In this document: positions 1 through 13,400 of the stretch, piece after piece | Layout: every line of letters begins with the position of its first letter | Position numbering within the stretch: position 1 is the first letter of the stretch | DNA from: Tubiluchus corallicola | Lineage: Eukaryota > Animalia > Priapulida | Reading direction: 5' to 3' | Assembly: GCA_030141605.1 (NCBI GenBank) | Contig: JAQGDQ010000147.1 | Span: 186,001-250,000, forward strand | DNA: 64,000 nucleotides | Program-made: the position numbers and the translations under genes | Notes under the pieces: generated by a model | Told to the model about the DNA's origin: nothing | Database searches by the model: none | What the model saw: only the letters and a program-made list of their open reading frames with translations

Positions 1-25
1 AAACTACAATTATCAAGAAACATAC

Positions 26-2931
26 CTCTGCTAGCAGGCACTGGTGCATCGGCTAGTGACCTGGTACATTTTAAAGCTTGCAATACATCCTCAAGTAATC
101 CCCTTGATTTTATTTCCTGCAATGAAAAGAAAAACATAAAATGAGATGCAAAATAAGGTTTTATCTTCCCAGATCTTGCATACAGACAGAAATTCATCAA
201 AAATCATCAGAAATGACACATGCAGAGCTAGTGAATAAATTACTAATTTGAGGTAGAATATCAAATATGAAGAATAAATAGATAATAAGACAAAAATATG
301 AATGCTAAGCATCTTTATGCAACGAAAATTTGCAGTTTGTAAAGCGTCTTTCTAATTATTAAAACTAAAAGCAAACCACATCTACATTTACTTAGCTATA
401 GATTTACTATGACCAGGTGTTCTACTAGTGCAGGATTGTGCATTTGCAGTGTAATGTGAATATCCATTGCTTATATTATAGTTTCAAGTAAATGTCACAA
501 TGGTTTCTTTTTCCACTGTGATTTTGGCTGTTTATGACATTGAGGGGAGGATGTATTTACATCCAGATTGTGGCTAAGACATTGTTATGTCAATGGGTCA
601 TCTTAGAGGATAGCCTTGAAAATGACCTACCCCCAGTCTTGCCACAAGCCCACAACCATCTAAATTAAACAAGGTACTGTCTCTTAGTACTAGATCTGCA
701 ATTGCAGAAACAGCTATTTTTTTCACATCATGCATAGCGCAAACAAACAACACAAATGTAGAAACCAAGGCGACCTTTCCTAAACAAGATGATATTATAA
801 TTTATTAATTTTAATATGTACCAAGACTTTGCTCAGACAGTAATATTGTTGAAGTTTCCTTTGTTTATCCATGGATGCAGCCTTTTGTTTGTTCAAGGAA
901 AGGACAACATGGCAATAAGACAAGGAAAGCTGAAAAGCTATGTTTTCTATTAATATATTTTTATTACACTAGGAGCAAAAAGAAGGCTGCTACAATATAT
1001 TCATTCTATTTAATTTGCTACTAAAAACAAAAATCGGACCTCTCACTTACTGAGGATTTAGTTAACTATATCATACCAGCTAGTGGCTTAAACCTTGCAC
1101 TTGTAAACATATGGTAGCACTAATTAAATATTAAACTACAGAAACCTTATTAAGTTTACCTAGAAAAAAAAGTTTAATTAACATGTATTAAATCAATATG
1201 TATTATTATCAATATATAAAATAATAACACTTCCATGAGATTGTTAAATGAAATAAAATAAATTAACAAAAAATTAAAAACTCACTTGAAATATATCTGT
1301 TTCACTCAAGGTGTCTACACCTTTCCCGAGTGCTTCCGACAAAATAGCTGTTACATGACTCCGCAGATCTACCTGTTTTAAACATTACAAGAACAAGACC
1401 ATATTTATTGACGATTTTCCATGAATTAAAAGAGCTAAAGTAAGAAATTGGCATTCAAGAATCACACTCTGCTATACAGTTCTTCCTCTATGCAGGAAAT
1501 GTTGGAGTACCATCCATTATGGTTTTTGACAAACAAGCCAAACAGTTACAAATAGCTACTACAGTTACTCATAATATATGTACAGTTTTTTCTCAGCTTC
1601 TTATCTGTGGAATTTTCTACCAGAAGACTGTTTACCTGAAAATTACAACCTCACTCGATTCAAGTTATATGTATATAAACAAGTCACTAGTTACATAAAC
1701 AAAGCACTACTTTTCTGGCCATGTATTCATATCTTCACCTTTTTAGTGCAGCCCCTTACTTTAAGTGACCATTGGCCTTGTATCGGGGCAATTCGTATTA
1801 AAAAAGCAAGTACAAGTTGTATTTTACAATATGGTGCTGCATAATGCAACAGGTTTTGCTAGGGTATTGAAGGCAGAAAGGCCTTACTAATACAGGAATA
1901 ATTTAGCAGTATGTGTGAACTAAAGAATCCCATTTTATTTCTTTTCGTGCATGTGAAGATAATCTTTTCACATAGGATTGCAGACAGATTGCGTAAATTG
2001 TTACTCAACATAGTAAGACTCTGAGTATGTGTTTTCTGTTTTAAGTAGAATTTGTAGCATGTAGTCTTTCCAGCATACTTAGGTTCATCAAAAGTCTTAC
2101 TTCAGCACTAAAAACATTAATGCACAAGAAAACCCTCCATAAACATAAAGCTTAAAAAATTCTCTTTGAAATTTTATTTCACTTACAAACTGCCTTTTTA
2201 CATACAGGACTTCAATTGGCAGTCACGCTGTATAAAACAGGTAAATTTAAAGACCGTTATAAGCAGCTATTTTGACGACAGGCCCCTTGAAAGAAGTTTA
2301 GATAACACTGTGTAAATTTTGAAAGAATAATCAGAGCATTCGTAGCACACATGTTACTAACTAAGTAAAATTTTAAATTACTATATCTTGTCCATAAGAT
2401 TAAAAATACATTTTTGGTTAATGAGTGGTGCACCCTGGAGGGTGAGTCAGCGACATTTTACTAATTATAAATAATTAATAATTTTCTTTTCTAGTTACGT
2501 AAGTCTTTCTACAGGTAAACGAAATGCTAATTAATATAGACTTTCACGGAAAGTTTTTTAGGACATAATTTAACGTTGCCTTCACTTCCTGATTTACGTT
2601 TGCATAGTGACTTCAGGTAATGGTGACTTTGGAACAGTATTGCGGGTGATTTAAAATGAAGACAAACAAAAATTCCTTTCAATGCGAAAACTATATATGC
2701 ATACAATTGCTATAAAGTAATATAATTTTTTAAGGCGATTTTTCTGAAACCTACATCAGGTACCCTTTTCTTGTCCTTTAAATTAAAAAGTTAAAGTTCA
2801 TTAAAAACTATTTAGGTATATTAAAAAACACAGACTATGTATGAAGTGCTAAATAAAGCAATGCAAACCTTCGTTAACTGCTCATGAATAACTTGCTTTA
2901 GTTCAAGAACTTTTTCATCTGTCAAAGCCAT
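26..2931 (-). CDS. CEP76: Centrosomal protein of 76 kDa, 5' part (coding exons 2931-2869, 1372-1286, 116-26; gene continues beyond the window start)
   Basis: Spliced GT-AG exons with consistent phase give MALTDEKVLELKQVIHEQLTK-VDLRSHVTAILSEALGKGVDTLSETDIFQ-EIKSRGLLEDVLQALKC, matching the recalled CEP76 N-terminus (MSLPPEKASELKQLIHQQLSKMDVHGRIREIL...RRRGIIDDVMKEL). An acceptor 1 nt before the ATG implies a 5' UTR exon, possibly ending at the GTAAGT donor near 5272. Confidence 0.85.
1380..1810 (+). mobile_element. Decayed 3' end of a CR1/L2-clade LINE in CEP76 intron
   Basis: ORF 1578-1844 contains SFFSASYLWNFLPEDCLPENYNLTRFK, similar to the CR1-group ORF2 C-terminal WNxLP motif, followed by an A-rich tail at about 1800. 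Confidence 0.55.
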
Positions 2932-2992
2932 ACTGCAAGGAAAAAAGCAAAGTGTCATAAACCAAAGCAATATAGCTAAATGCAAGATAATA

Positions 2993-3923
2993 CAGTAAGT
3001 ACCGCCGCTTAGTAGACTCACGGTTAATAGACCCAATTGCTTAATTGACTCAAAAATGCCTGGTACGGGCTGCTTCTATTCAAATGTACATAAAAAACTG
3101 TCGGTAATTGACTCAAATAACTCCACATAATTGACTCAATATTTATGTGTCACATGCTTCAATAAGACACTTTCATGTGACTAATAAGCTTTTATGACTT
3201 TTATATCATCTTAATTTACTTTTAAACAATAATATACATACAAACAATTATGCTAAGTACCGTTTTGTCTGTAAGCAGGAACGTTTGTCATACGCTAATT
3301 ATGATAGCCTAATGATTTGCCTTGACCTAACTGTCCACTGCAATTAACCTCGTTACCCAAAAATTCCCAGAAGCTAAACATTTAATCACTTGCTTAGTGG
3401 TTTGCTTTTGAAGCTCTGGATGTATCTGCCAGAAAGTTTAATCAGTTAGATGTTGCTGTTATTCCAGTGACGCAGGCACAGTACAGTAAGTGCGGCACAA
3501 ATATAAGCGGGAGCTTAGGCAAAACTACAGACGACGCTACTCGAAGGAAAACACGGGCACCACCAACAATTTCAGCACGCCAAGCACTAAGTATTTGACA
3601 AGAATTTGTGCATCATACAACAACAGATTTTCAACATTTTTATCATTGTGAGAACTTTGTGAGCCAACTTCTTCGTGATAAAATGAAGCAGCCAACTTTG
3701 AATTTTCGTAATTTCTGCAAATAAACAGACTTGTGTGATTTAGAAAAGAATACTTTTTAATATTTTTTTAGTATATATTTTTAATTTATTGCTAATTCAC
3801 TTATATTAATATTTTAAAATATTGTTTCTAATTTATAACTGCACAAAGGAATTTAGGTATTACTGGGTTAACTGGGTCAAAACACTTCAGTCCCAAAGTG
3901 AGTCTATTAAGTGGCGTCTACTG
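2993..3923. mobile_element. Non-autonomous Tc1/mariner (Tigger/pogo-like) element, about 930 bp
   Basis: TA-flanked imperfect TIRs: left CAGTAAGTACCGCCGCTTAGTAGACTCAC, right GTGAGTCTATTAAGTGGCGTCTACTG. Subterminal TAATTGACTCA repeats. Confidence 0.75.
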
Positions 3924-4399
3924 TATTAACTTTTTCACTATCGGCCAAACTTGTATTAGAAATGTAGGTACCTAAATATCCATTTCCAGCAAATGATAAC
4001 TTTGGAAAAACAGAAGTGAATTTGAACAATTGTTATCAGATTTAAAACTAAAAATGCAACTCTACCTTTTGCATTTAAATGGACTAACTTTAAGCGACTA
4101 GTGATAAAAATTTGCAAAATTATAATAAATGAAATAAAAAAGTTGACTTTTTACAATTTGGTGCATCCCTAATTTTTAATTTAATGTTGCTGTAAATCAT
4201 CAGTTTTAATACAGTGTACCAGCTGAATAACCCAAGAATCAAAAATGGTGGTTATCCAAAGTGATTCCTGTCACTGTGAAGTAAGTGTATCAAGAACGAT
4301 TTTATCATACTTCACCACACAAAGTAAGTTTGTACACATCTCCAATGCTCTGTCATGCATGTCGCAAAGCATCAAATAGTGCTAGCACGTGTATGCACA

Positions 4400-5170
4400 A
4401 CTTAAAATGAGTAAGACACAAGCTAATGCTAATGTGCGAGAGTTGGTTGGTCTGGTTTCAAATATATTCAAATCAGTATCGATTCCATGTTCCAAGTAGT
4501 TGATCTGTATCATTTTTGTCTATTTTATTCAGTTTATTAATATACAAAGTGGACCATATTTCACAGCCATACAGTGCTATTGCAGATTTGTATGGTAATT
4601 GGAAAGTTGCACTTGAAGATCAATGATTTATTATTGGAAAGGAATCTTAATGTCTGGCATTTCATTGTTTCTATACACTTGTGGTATATACCTGTGTTCA
4701 TGAAGTAAGCCCCAAGTACTTTATATGTTTTCTGACTTCAGATTTATTGAGTTCAGTAGCAACTAAATGTTTGGCTTCAGGGCAATTTTTTCAATATACG
4801 ACTATATTTATTTTGTTTTGTAATTAATGTGCCGAAAATTACTTTGCACGTACGTTGCTAATTCATTAACATTTCTTTGAAGACCGTCTCTGATAATGCT
4901 CAATAATACCAAACCGTCTTCAAAAAGTAAAGATGTATGATGTATTTTTTGTTCTGAAGTACATGTATTGGGTCATTCTTCTGGAACAGCTGAAGACTAA
5001 AGAGAGAGCCTCAATGATTCACAGGACAGATGTTCATCATCATGTGTACTCAACGCAGCCGCTAAAAGTTTTAGTGCATCATCTGCATAACATAGCAAAT
5101 AAATTCTGGCCATTATGCATTAAGAATAAGAGCAAGTCTGTCAAATTTCTCGCCGCTATTTTAGAGCAAT
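4400..5170 (-). mobile_element. Degraded LINE reverse-transcriptase remnant
   Basis: Minus-strand fragments LLCYADDAL, SLLFEDGLVL, KHIKYLG and IALYGCEIWS, typical of RT and post-RT motifs, broken by stops and frameshifts. Confidence 0.6.
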
Positions 5171-6378
5171 AGAGTAAATCTTTTTGGTTCAGTTTGACTT
5201 AAGCTGCCTTTATTTATATATTTGCTGACGAAAACAGCGGAACAAAACAATTTACAACTATGGTCCACTTACTAACCAGGCAGTCACCACCACCGCTACC
5301 AACAACAACCAAACAATTCAAACGCCATTACTAACAGCAACGACAAAACGAAAAAGCCACATCAGTAACAGTAATGCAATAACACTCATCTCACTAAAAT
5401 TTAATGACATCGGAATAGTGGATGGCAACAACAACAACAGTTCTGAAGAAGAGCTCTGAGAAAGAATAAAAAAACTTCTAAACTTGAGCCAACAGAAAGT
5501 TGGCGACCTGAAGCCACACTTTAATTTTTAAAATACCACAGCGATATGTGTCAACTTAAAATAACACTAATTGCCATTTTTAATTTAAGCTAAGTGAATT
5601 TTTAGATTAATAGGGCATGATGGTCAATGAGAACTACATGCTGCAAAGACATTCATTATTATATCAATAATATAGTGTACATAATAATTACTTTTTGTAA
5701 GAATGATAAAATTAAACAAGGCATATATCATATTAGCCTTAACTGCCATTCAAGAAATCTCCTTACTAACTGCTTATGGTGATTCTAGGTTATTGAAATT
5801 AATTATAGAAAAAATTCTTCGGGACAGTCCTGCGATCATTTATACGTGTTGTTTAATTATTGTAAAACTTTGGGACACACGTATGCACATACTATTCTGC
5901 ATTGCAGGCAAATGTTACACATACTAGAACCATCATTTGCTGTCTGACAGTTATGTACTCCATACATACTCTGAACATCTTGGTGGTGTGCATGGTGCAG
6001 TGCATAATAACTGCATGTAAACAAGGAAGATTACTGGTTCAGAGAAAGCAAAGCACAAATACTAAAATCTCTGAGTGATTGTATGTGTATGGTACCATGA
6101 TGCTTCGTTGCACCTTAGTAATTATATATGTAAAACATTCCATTTTACAGATGCAAATTTTGACTGCCATAGAAACTTGTACATGGAATTGCTCACAGAA
6201 CCAAGAAATTTTATTTCAAGCTGAACAATAACAAAATAGGTAACATATATGCAATGGGCTTTTATTAATTCATTAATTTCAATACCATAAAAAGCTGAAC
6301 ATTTAGTTTAGTTATAATATGAATATTACAATGAACTACATGATTTGTATTGCAAATGTTAACAAAGAGGGCAAAACT

Positions 6379-9300
6379 TTAAGCACTGCCTTTTCTTTCA
6401 TTATATAAGAACTCAACGTCACTGTCTGACAACGCACAGTGAAATATTTTCAGTTCATCTATGAATCCTGTAAAGTACTCGCTTGACGTGCCAACTCCTG
6501 CTTTGCCAATTGTTAAGGGTGTATTTTTGATAACAATGTCACCAGAACAACAAGCTGCATTGCCTGCAAATAAACACACATACATTTTGCATTAATAATG
6601 ATTTCAACTCATTAAATTTCAGTAGAAAGATGAAAAGCTTTTCTGTAAAGTTACCACTTAATAGAAGGTACTCACCCTGCTGCTTCTGGTTGTCCAAGTA
6701 GTAGAACAATGATTTACCATCATACGTCATCACAACATGGTGCCAAGTATTAAGAGTAGCCAAGATATTTATATAATCCCAAGTTTTAGAGCTATCTGAT
6801 GTTATGACTCCACCCCCTAACATCTGCCCACTGTTCTCTCTGCCCATTCGTATTTCCCAACTGCCATGTGCATAATATCCATTACCCACAATACCTTGGT
6901 AGTTGGTAGAAACTGAAAATAAAAAATTTAAATCTGAGACAATTAATAAGACTGAAACTAAAAACTCATTTTATCAAGAAGATCATATATAGCAGATAAT
7001 AACAATTCACAACATCTCCCAGATGAAGTTGGAAATACTGTAATTTCTCATAACAATAATTAAGGTTTAATTTCCTACAACCGTAAATATGTATTTAATG
7101 CTTTAAAGCAAAGTAGTACCCAATGAAAACCACATAGAATTTATTTAACCACATAGAATATGCAAGAAGTTTGATCTCAAAATTCATACTTAAGTGATTT
7201 TTGTGTCGACGAAAAGTAGCAAAAACAAGTGAGATACACTACAGAAATTTACTAATCACTTTTGTGACAACATTACTGACGTGAATTTATATTACTTAAT
7301 AGAAGGTTTACTTGCTATTTGAGTACGCAAGTGCATGAGTTCTAGCATTAGAAATGTTAGAAGATGCATGCAGTTTAGAGTGTATGAGTACTACCTACTT
7401 ATAAGTTACTGGAATTGAGGCTTTGCAAACTACTGATCATCAATCTGTTATGGCACTTAAATGAAAACTGTTTTGCATAAAAGTTCATGCAAGCTCTATT
7501 GTTCACTAGTGTGTGAAAATGTGTAATACACAATTAACAACTATCATGGCAAAGCCACTAAACAACAGGTTTGCCCTATTCAGATGGGTGTTAAACAGGT
7601 TAGCTTTACGCTGCCTTAAGAGCTATTTACGTAGCATTTGAACGAGTATGTGTTTCCACCTGCAGAAAAAAATCAATAGGAATAGCTGCAGAAAAAGAAT
7701 AAGGTACATGCAGGCTGAATAAATGGGTGCATTGAAAACAATATAAACCTATTGTATCTATTCCGCACCACCCAAAATGCATACGCTACGTAAACGTCAC
7801 TTTAGGCAACTGGAAGATTCATTAAGGTAGGTTCGCGCTAATAATTTTGTTCAGAGTTACTTAAAGTGCTGCAAAACTGCCAAAACTTGTTAAATCACCA
7901 TGGATGCTCAAGCAAGTCAGCAGTGGGAGAACACACAAGTGAAAATTTTCTTTGAATATTCTGCAAGAACTTGACATATTTAACGTTTTATATAATAGGA
8001 GGCAGAGATATCAAAAACTGTTTGTTGAAGTGTGAGGCCGGTGAAGAGAAATTGGCTTAGAAAAAATATGGCAACAATGTCGAGCAAAATCCTCTTCAGT
8101 GAAAGTTGGTTCCTGGTTAACTATCCTAGTCCACCAATCAGAACTCCTACAGTGTACAGTAACTGCGTGCCTGATGGTCACCCACGATACATAATAAAAC
8201 AGCTCAGCAGTGATCTCAGCTGCCACAAAAGCTAGCTGGTGGCCATGGGTGAATGCCATTTTTGTTATTAGTTATTTGTTCAGTCGCCAGTTTCTACGTG
8301 CGTGGTTTTCAGATAAAAACCATGTGTAACCTATCTCATTCTTTGTCACTACAGACCGAACAGACCCCTTTACATCAAATGTTTTCTTATTAATTATCAT
8401 CAAAAATATCAGACTGAGAACAATACCCGTGCGTTTGAACCACACGCTGATGCCAAAGTTAGAACCCCAAGCATGATTTCTGAATGAATCCACATCCACT
8501 TTTCCACTTCCTCCGAATTGAGCAGCTCCATTTCCTCGTATCACATCTGCTCCAGTGTAAATGGCAGTATTTCCACTAGTTTGCCCATGCTTGCCATTTC
8601 CAGATTTATCATGGAAATCTTCGTCGAAAGGGTAGTAAGCATCCAGACCTTCAAAGTAGAGTTTGTTAAAAAGAAATATGCTAAAACATATGAGAATAAT
8701 GCTGTACACAATGTGCAAAAAACTACCAAATCCTCATAATTTCAAGGCTAAAATGCTACAAACTAAAATTCAATAGTTGTTTTATGTAGAAGCCAGACTG
8801 CAGCCTCATATTATGTCAACAGAAAAGCAAACTAGAGCCTCACCAGTGCTCAGTATATTTCAGTATATTATAATATGAAACCCAGTTAGTATGCAGATGT
8901 CTAACTGAGAGCACCTTGTAACTAGATTAATTCTAAAGACAACAATGGTTTTTGGTATGATGGATAGTTATATTCAGCAATCATACAACAATCATATAAA
9001 TACACTTTTGTTTATAATAAATAAAATTAAAATATCATGGGAAATTGTGTAGAAAAACAGATCAGTCGAACTTCAATGGGATTAGCAAAAAATTTAATGA
9101 TTGTGCAAAAGCGAAGACAATCATAAGATTTAGTCTACAAATAATCATCATTGTAGAAGCACAAAATATCAGCACAGCTAACTTACATGATATTAGTGAT
9201 GACGATGCATCTTTGCACGCGCATGGCTCTAGTTGTGAAACTCGGTCAAGTATCTCATCCAGTTTTGCTTCCAGAGTCTCTATAATACCATTTCTGTTGC

Positions 9301-9755
9301 ATGAAGGCTGTTCGCAATGACCTGCAATAGAAATAAATTTAGAAATTACATGTATTGTAATGAAGTACTTGTAACTGCTATAAAATACTTTGATTATCTT
9401 AAAATGGTTTCAACAACAATTCAAGAAGTTTACTTGTCTGCCTCACAGAATCACAACTAATATTCATACCCACAAAGTAAATTTGCTTTTCCAAAAATTT
9501 TGGCAAAACACTGTCACATTTTAACGATTTTATGGCATCATATTACCATGAATGTAGCTATCGACAATCACGAAAAACTTTGAAATGCAACAGTTTTTCA
9601 AAGCTAACAAAAAGACAAAAACAAAAGCTATAATAATGCTTTGCATAAACAACACTACATGCATAAAATGACTTGGTCTTATTTTCAAGAAGTTTAACAA
9701 GCTTACTTTTTAAAAACAGTAGCAGAAATAAAAAGAAAATGAAATCACACTTCAT
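6379..9755 (-). CDS. Secreted protein: signal peptide, Cys-flanked coiled-coil neck, LamG/concanavalin A-like (pentraxin-like) domain; 275 aa; exons 9755-9707, 9321-9187, 8648-8427, 6912-6676, 6563-6379
   Basis: All four introns are GT-AG phase 1, total CDS 828 nt. N-terminus MKCDFIFFLFLLLFLKSHC. LamG3-type motifs LDAYYPFDE, DKSGNGKHG, FGISVWFK, WHHVVMTYDG, LTIG and FTGFIDELKIF..ALS..DV..LY. Confidence 0.85.
7617..7803. mobile_element. Possible small MITE in LamG-gene intron
   Basis: Inverted ends TTAAGAGCTATTTACGTAGC and GCTACGTAAACGTCACTTTA. Confidence 0.35.
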
Positions 9756-10477
9756 GCTGCTGGGTTCGTGACCAAAAAATTACAAAAAAGGCTGGTAAAT
9801 GGCTGAATAAACCCTGCACCTGCCCATAAGTAATAGGCATTTATGGAAGTAAGTAGGGCTTAAGTTTCTAAGGCCTGCTGTGATAACATCCTGTTTCAAC
9901 AGCCTGCAGGTAGCCAGTAGGTGTGATATCCTGGTGTAAATTTAGCTCGTACTAATAGTAAACAGTTAGCTAGAAAAGTGTGCTGTCGAATTTCAGCAGG
10001 AATACAGTCTAAATGTCACATACAAGGAGATACAGAACATAACCTAAATGTTTAGCAGTTAAACAAGTCACTGTCAAGAACATTTATTAGGCACAAGCTT
10101 ACAATTATTCTGTGCTGATGGTAATTATTGTCTAAATCTACAAATCTTATACAATGTACTGTACATAATAATTACTTTCAACTGTTTATGCAACTGTTTA
10201 TGAAAAAAGAACAAGAAAAAAATTTGTAAGTTTGTCTAGTGAAATAAATTACATCAACAGTAACATTATCTAAATTATATAAAATGCAATTAAGGTCAAT
10301 GTAATAATTTCATGAATGTATAAGTGCTTTCATAAAGTAGCACGTTTTTAGAAAAATTGACAGACATTAATGAGAAAAGAAGAGAAGCACTATGCTACAG
10401 AAGTAAAACAGCTACGCTTATTTTTTTAAAAATATCACAGTTATATGGAATTTCTGATGTGAGGAGACGTGCTGTAG

Positions 10478-13400
10478 CTACAAAACTTCATTTTGCAGTG
10501 GTTCTGGTGCTGATGGCTCCATGAAGGAACTGCATTCCCAGGCTAAACAAGCCCCCAAGTTCACAAAAGCACTGAAAATTAAAAAAAGAAAAGTTAAAAA
10601 AAGAAACGGGCCCAAAGCTCCAAATGAGTGTCAGAATGTAATATGAAAAATAAAGTTAAAAACAAACCTAGAACCTGAATACAGTTATGTACATCATGCT
10701 TACCATAATATTTCATCCATTGTTACAGAAAATTCCTCTTCTGCCCCATAAAATAATGGCAACGACAAAAAAACAGCTCCAACCTAAAAATGGAGAACCT
10801 TGTAAATGCAAGGCAGATAGGATTGCGCAGCCGTCTTAGTCTGTAAGACTTACCTGATATACAGTAGTGATTAGCAGATCTGTTGCTCACTGTCATTACC
10901 AAAGAAATACACAGAGTTGTTCACAAAATCTCTTGGATGTGAATAAAATTGTGCCAAAGATCTTCACACTCTTAGGGAGCACTATGCTTAAATGTTGTTT
11001 ACCTTACAGAGGGAGGATGTATATCTGAATGAAGCTAAGATACCTCTGCCAGTTAAGTGCCTCATCTTGGCACTCCAGTGTCACTCAAAAACATGAAGTT
11101 GAGTAGACCTACTGACAAGCGGATTCTAGCTCGCAGTGTGCCAAAGTGTTAAAAAATCCAAAATGTACAACTTAAATGGAAAACTAAAACAAAACAAAAT
11201 TTATATCATTCGAAAGACATGGTATGTCTCTTTAAAAAACATGTATATTAGTCCGACTATTTACGTCCGTACTACCTGCATATATGTTAACAGACTGGGT
11301 AACCCTTATATTTTACAGCTTATTTAGAATGTTGCAAGCTATGAAATCGAATTGCATACCTTTGCTATTGTGGTTGCAAATTCTGGTTGAAGTGAAAGAC
11401 ACCGTTCACCCAAGGTTTCTAGATGTATTGCGCATAAGATCAGCAATACTCCAAATAATCCACTGTGAAAAAAACATTAAAATGATGAATAAAAGTTTAT
11501 CTACAGTTAATAATACAATGTAGCACAATAAGGTACAACAGTAATTTTAAAGATTTTGTTGCATTATAATATTACATTAAAAGTTGTATTTACTTGAAAC
11601 GAGAAAGAAACGTGTGAAACAAATGTTCTCCTAAATTAAAAAAAATCATGTCTTGTAAATTATACAAATACATTTGTCATTAATTACAATAGTCATTAAA
11701 AACTTTTAAGTTTACAAATTAAAATTGTCACGAGGCACAAAGCAAGTTTTGGGATTGACATGCAAATAAAGGAAGATGACACTGCTAAATTAATCTTTAC
11801 CTTGCTAGGCAGCCAATGTAAAATCTCGTGAAATATAAAAATGGAAACTGTTGAGCAGCTAAAACATCACCTGTAAAAACCATAACAACATTAGTCACAA
11901 ATCAATAATCAAAGGATATGACTAGATGACGTATTTTAACAGTATCTCCTGTAATAAAGATAGAAAACATATTTTGGCATTTCCTACAGCCATTTTCAAT
12001 TGTACTTTATGCGATTTTCAGTATTTAAATTTTAACAAAGCGTGCAATGACAAATAATGACCAAGTAAACAGCGTTAGACCTATATATAATTCTTTGCAG
12101 TCTTCTTATGCCAATGTGCAACCTATAAACAAAGTTTTTCTAAAAAAATTAACACACAAGCATGCATGCATCCACACACATCCTGGCGAATTCATACACC
12201 CACCCGCACACACACCCTCTCATGCACACACATTCACCCATGCATACATGCACGCATGCACACACACGCACGCATGCACACAAAGTAAGGCATACTTAGC
12301 TGTGTGGTGATATAAGTGACAGAAAACAAAATTTAATGCTTTTAAGTAGGCCAAATAGTCTTAATTACATGTTACAGGCCTTAGCATATAGTAGATGTTT
12401 ATAACATTTACTTACCATGTTAAATAGGTCATTACCCATCGCCAAAAATTATGATCAGGTGGTCAATTTGCATAAAGCTTAGTCAGAAAGCACAAGTACT
12501 TTGTTAAAAACCAAAGTTTCACGGGGTTTACAACTTTGGCGACTATCTGAAGACTTCTCAACAGTATACAACCATAAGTTCAACAGTATACACCATAAGT
12601 TTCCCAAATAGTTGCACAATATACCTGTGCATTTGCCATTGTCGCTCTGGGAAAGTGGGAAATTTTAACATGTTTAGTTAGTCGCTGGAGTAGCAAACTC
12701 ATCAAAACTTCTCCAAACTGTTGTAAAAAATGTCGCAAAAAACTAGAGGACCTGTGAAACCCTGGTTTTAGCAAAAATTATAAAACTTATTGTAGTGGTA
12801 ATAGAGCAGGGTTTGGGAAGTCAAAGTGTTAATGTGAGAGATATTTGAAACTCATAATTACCTAGAAAGACACTTGTTGGCACCAGTATAATTACACTGA
12901 AAAACAAAGACAACATCATGCATCGAAATTACAAAAATGAATACAAAAGAAAAACAGTTATAAATACTATTACAGATCACCAAAGGAGAACCATTGCATT
13001 TAAGAAAAAATGTTCTAAAAATAAATCAAACCAATTTGATCACTGAATTTTTTCAAACAGTTACAGTAAATGAGTCAATGAATAATACATAGTTACCTAA
13101 AAATGTAGCTGAAGTAAATTTTGTATATTTTTCTGAAACAAACAAAATTATGAAAATGTTTAAACCAAAGGATGTAAGGCATTATATAGGCACATAAAAA
13201 CACACTATTAAAATATTAAAAATAAAAATAGTTCAGTAATAAATACAAAAAGATAAAGTTAACAACTTACCGCACTTGATTGACGTTTTCTTTACATAGC
13301 CAGTACAAATTACAGTTAACTGAAATACATTGTACACTATAAATACTTTATTTATATACATTGTACACTAGAAAAGCAACAACTAATCAAATGCACATTA

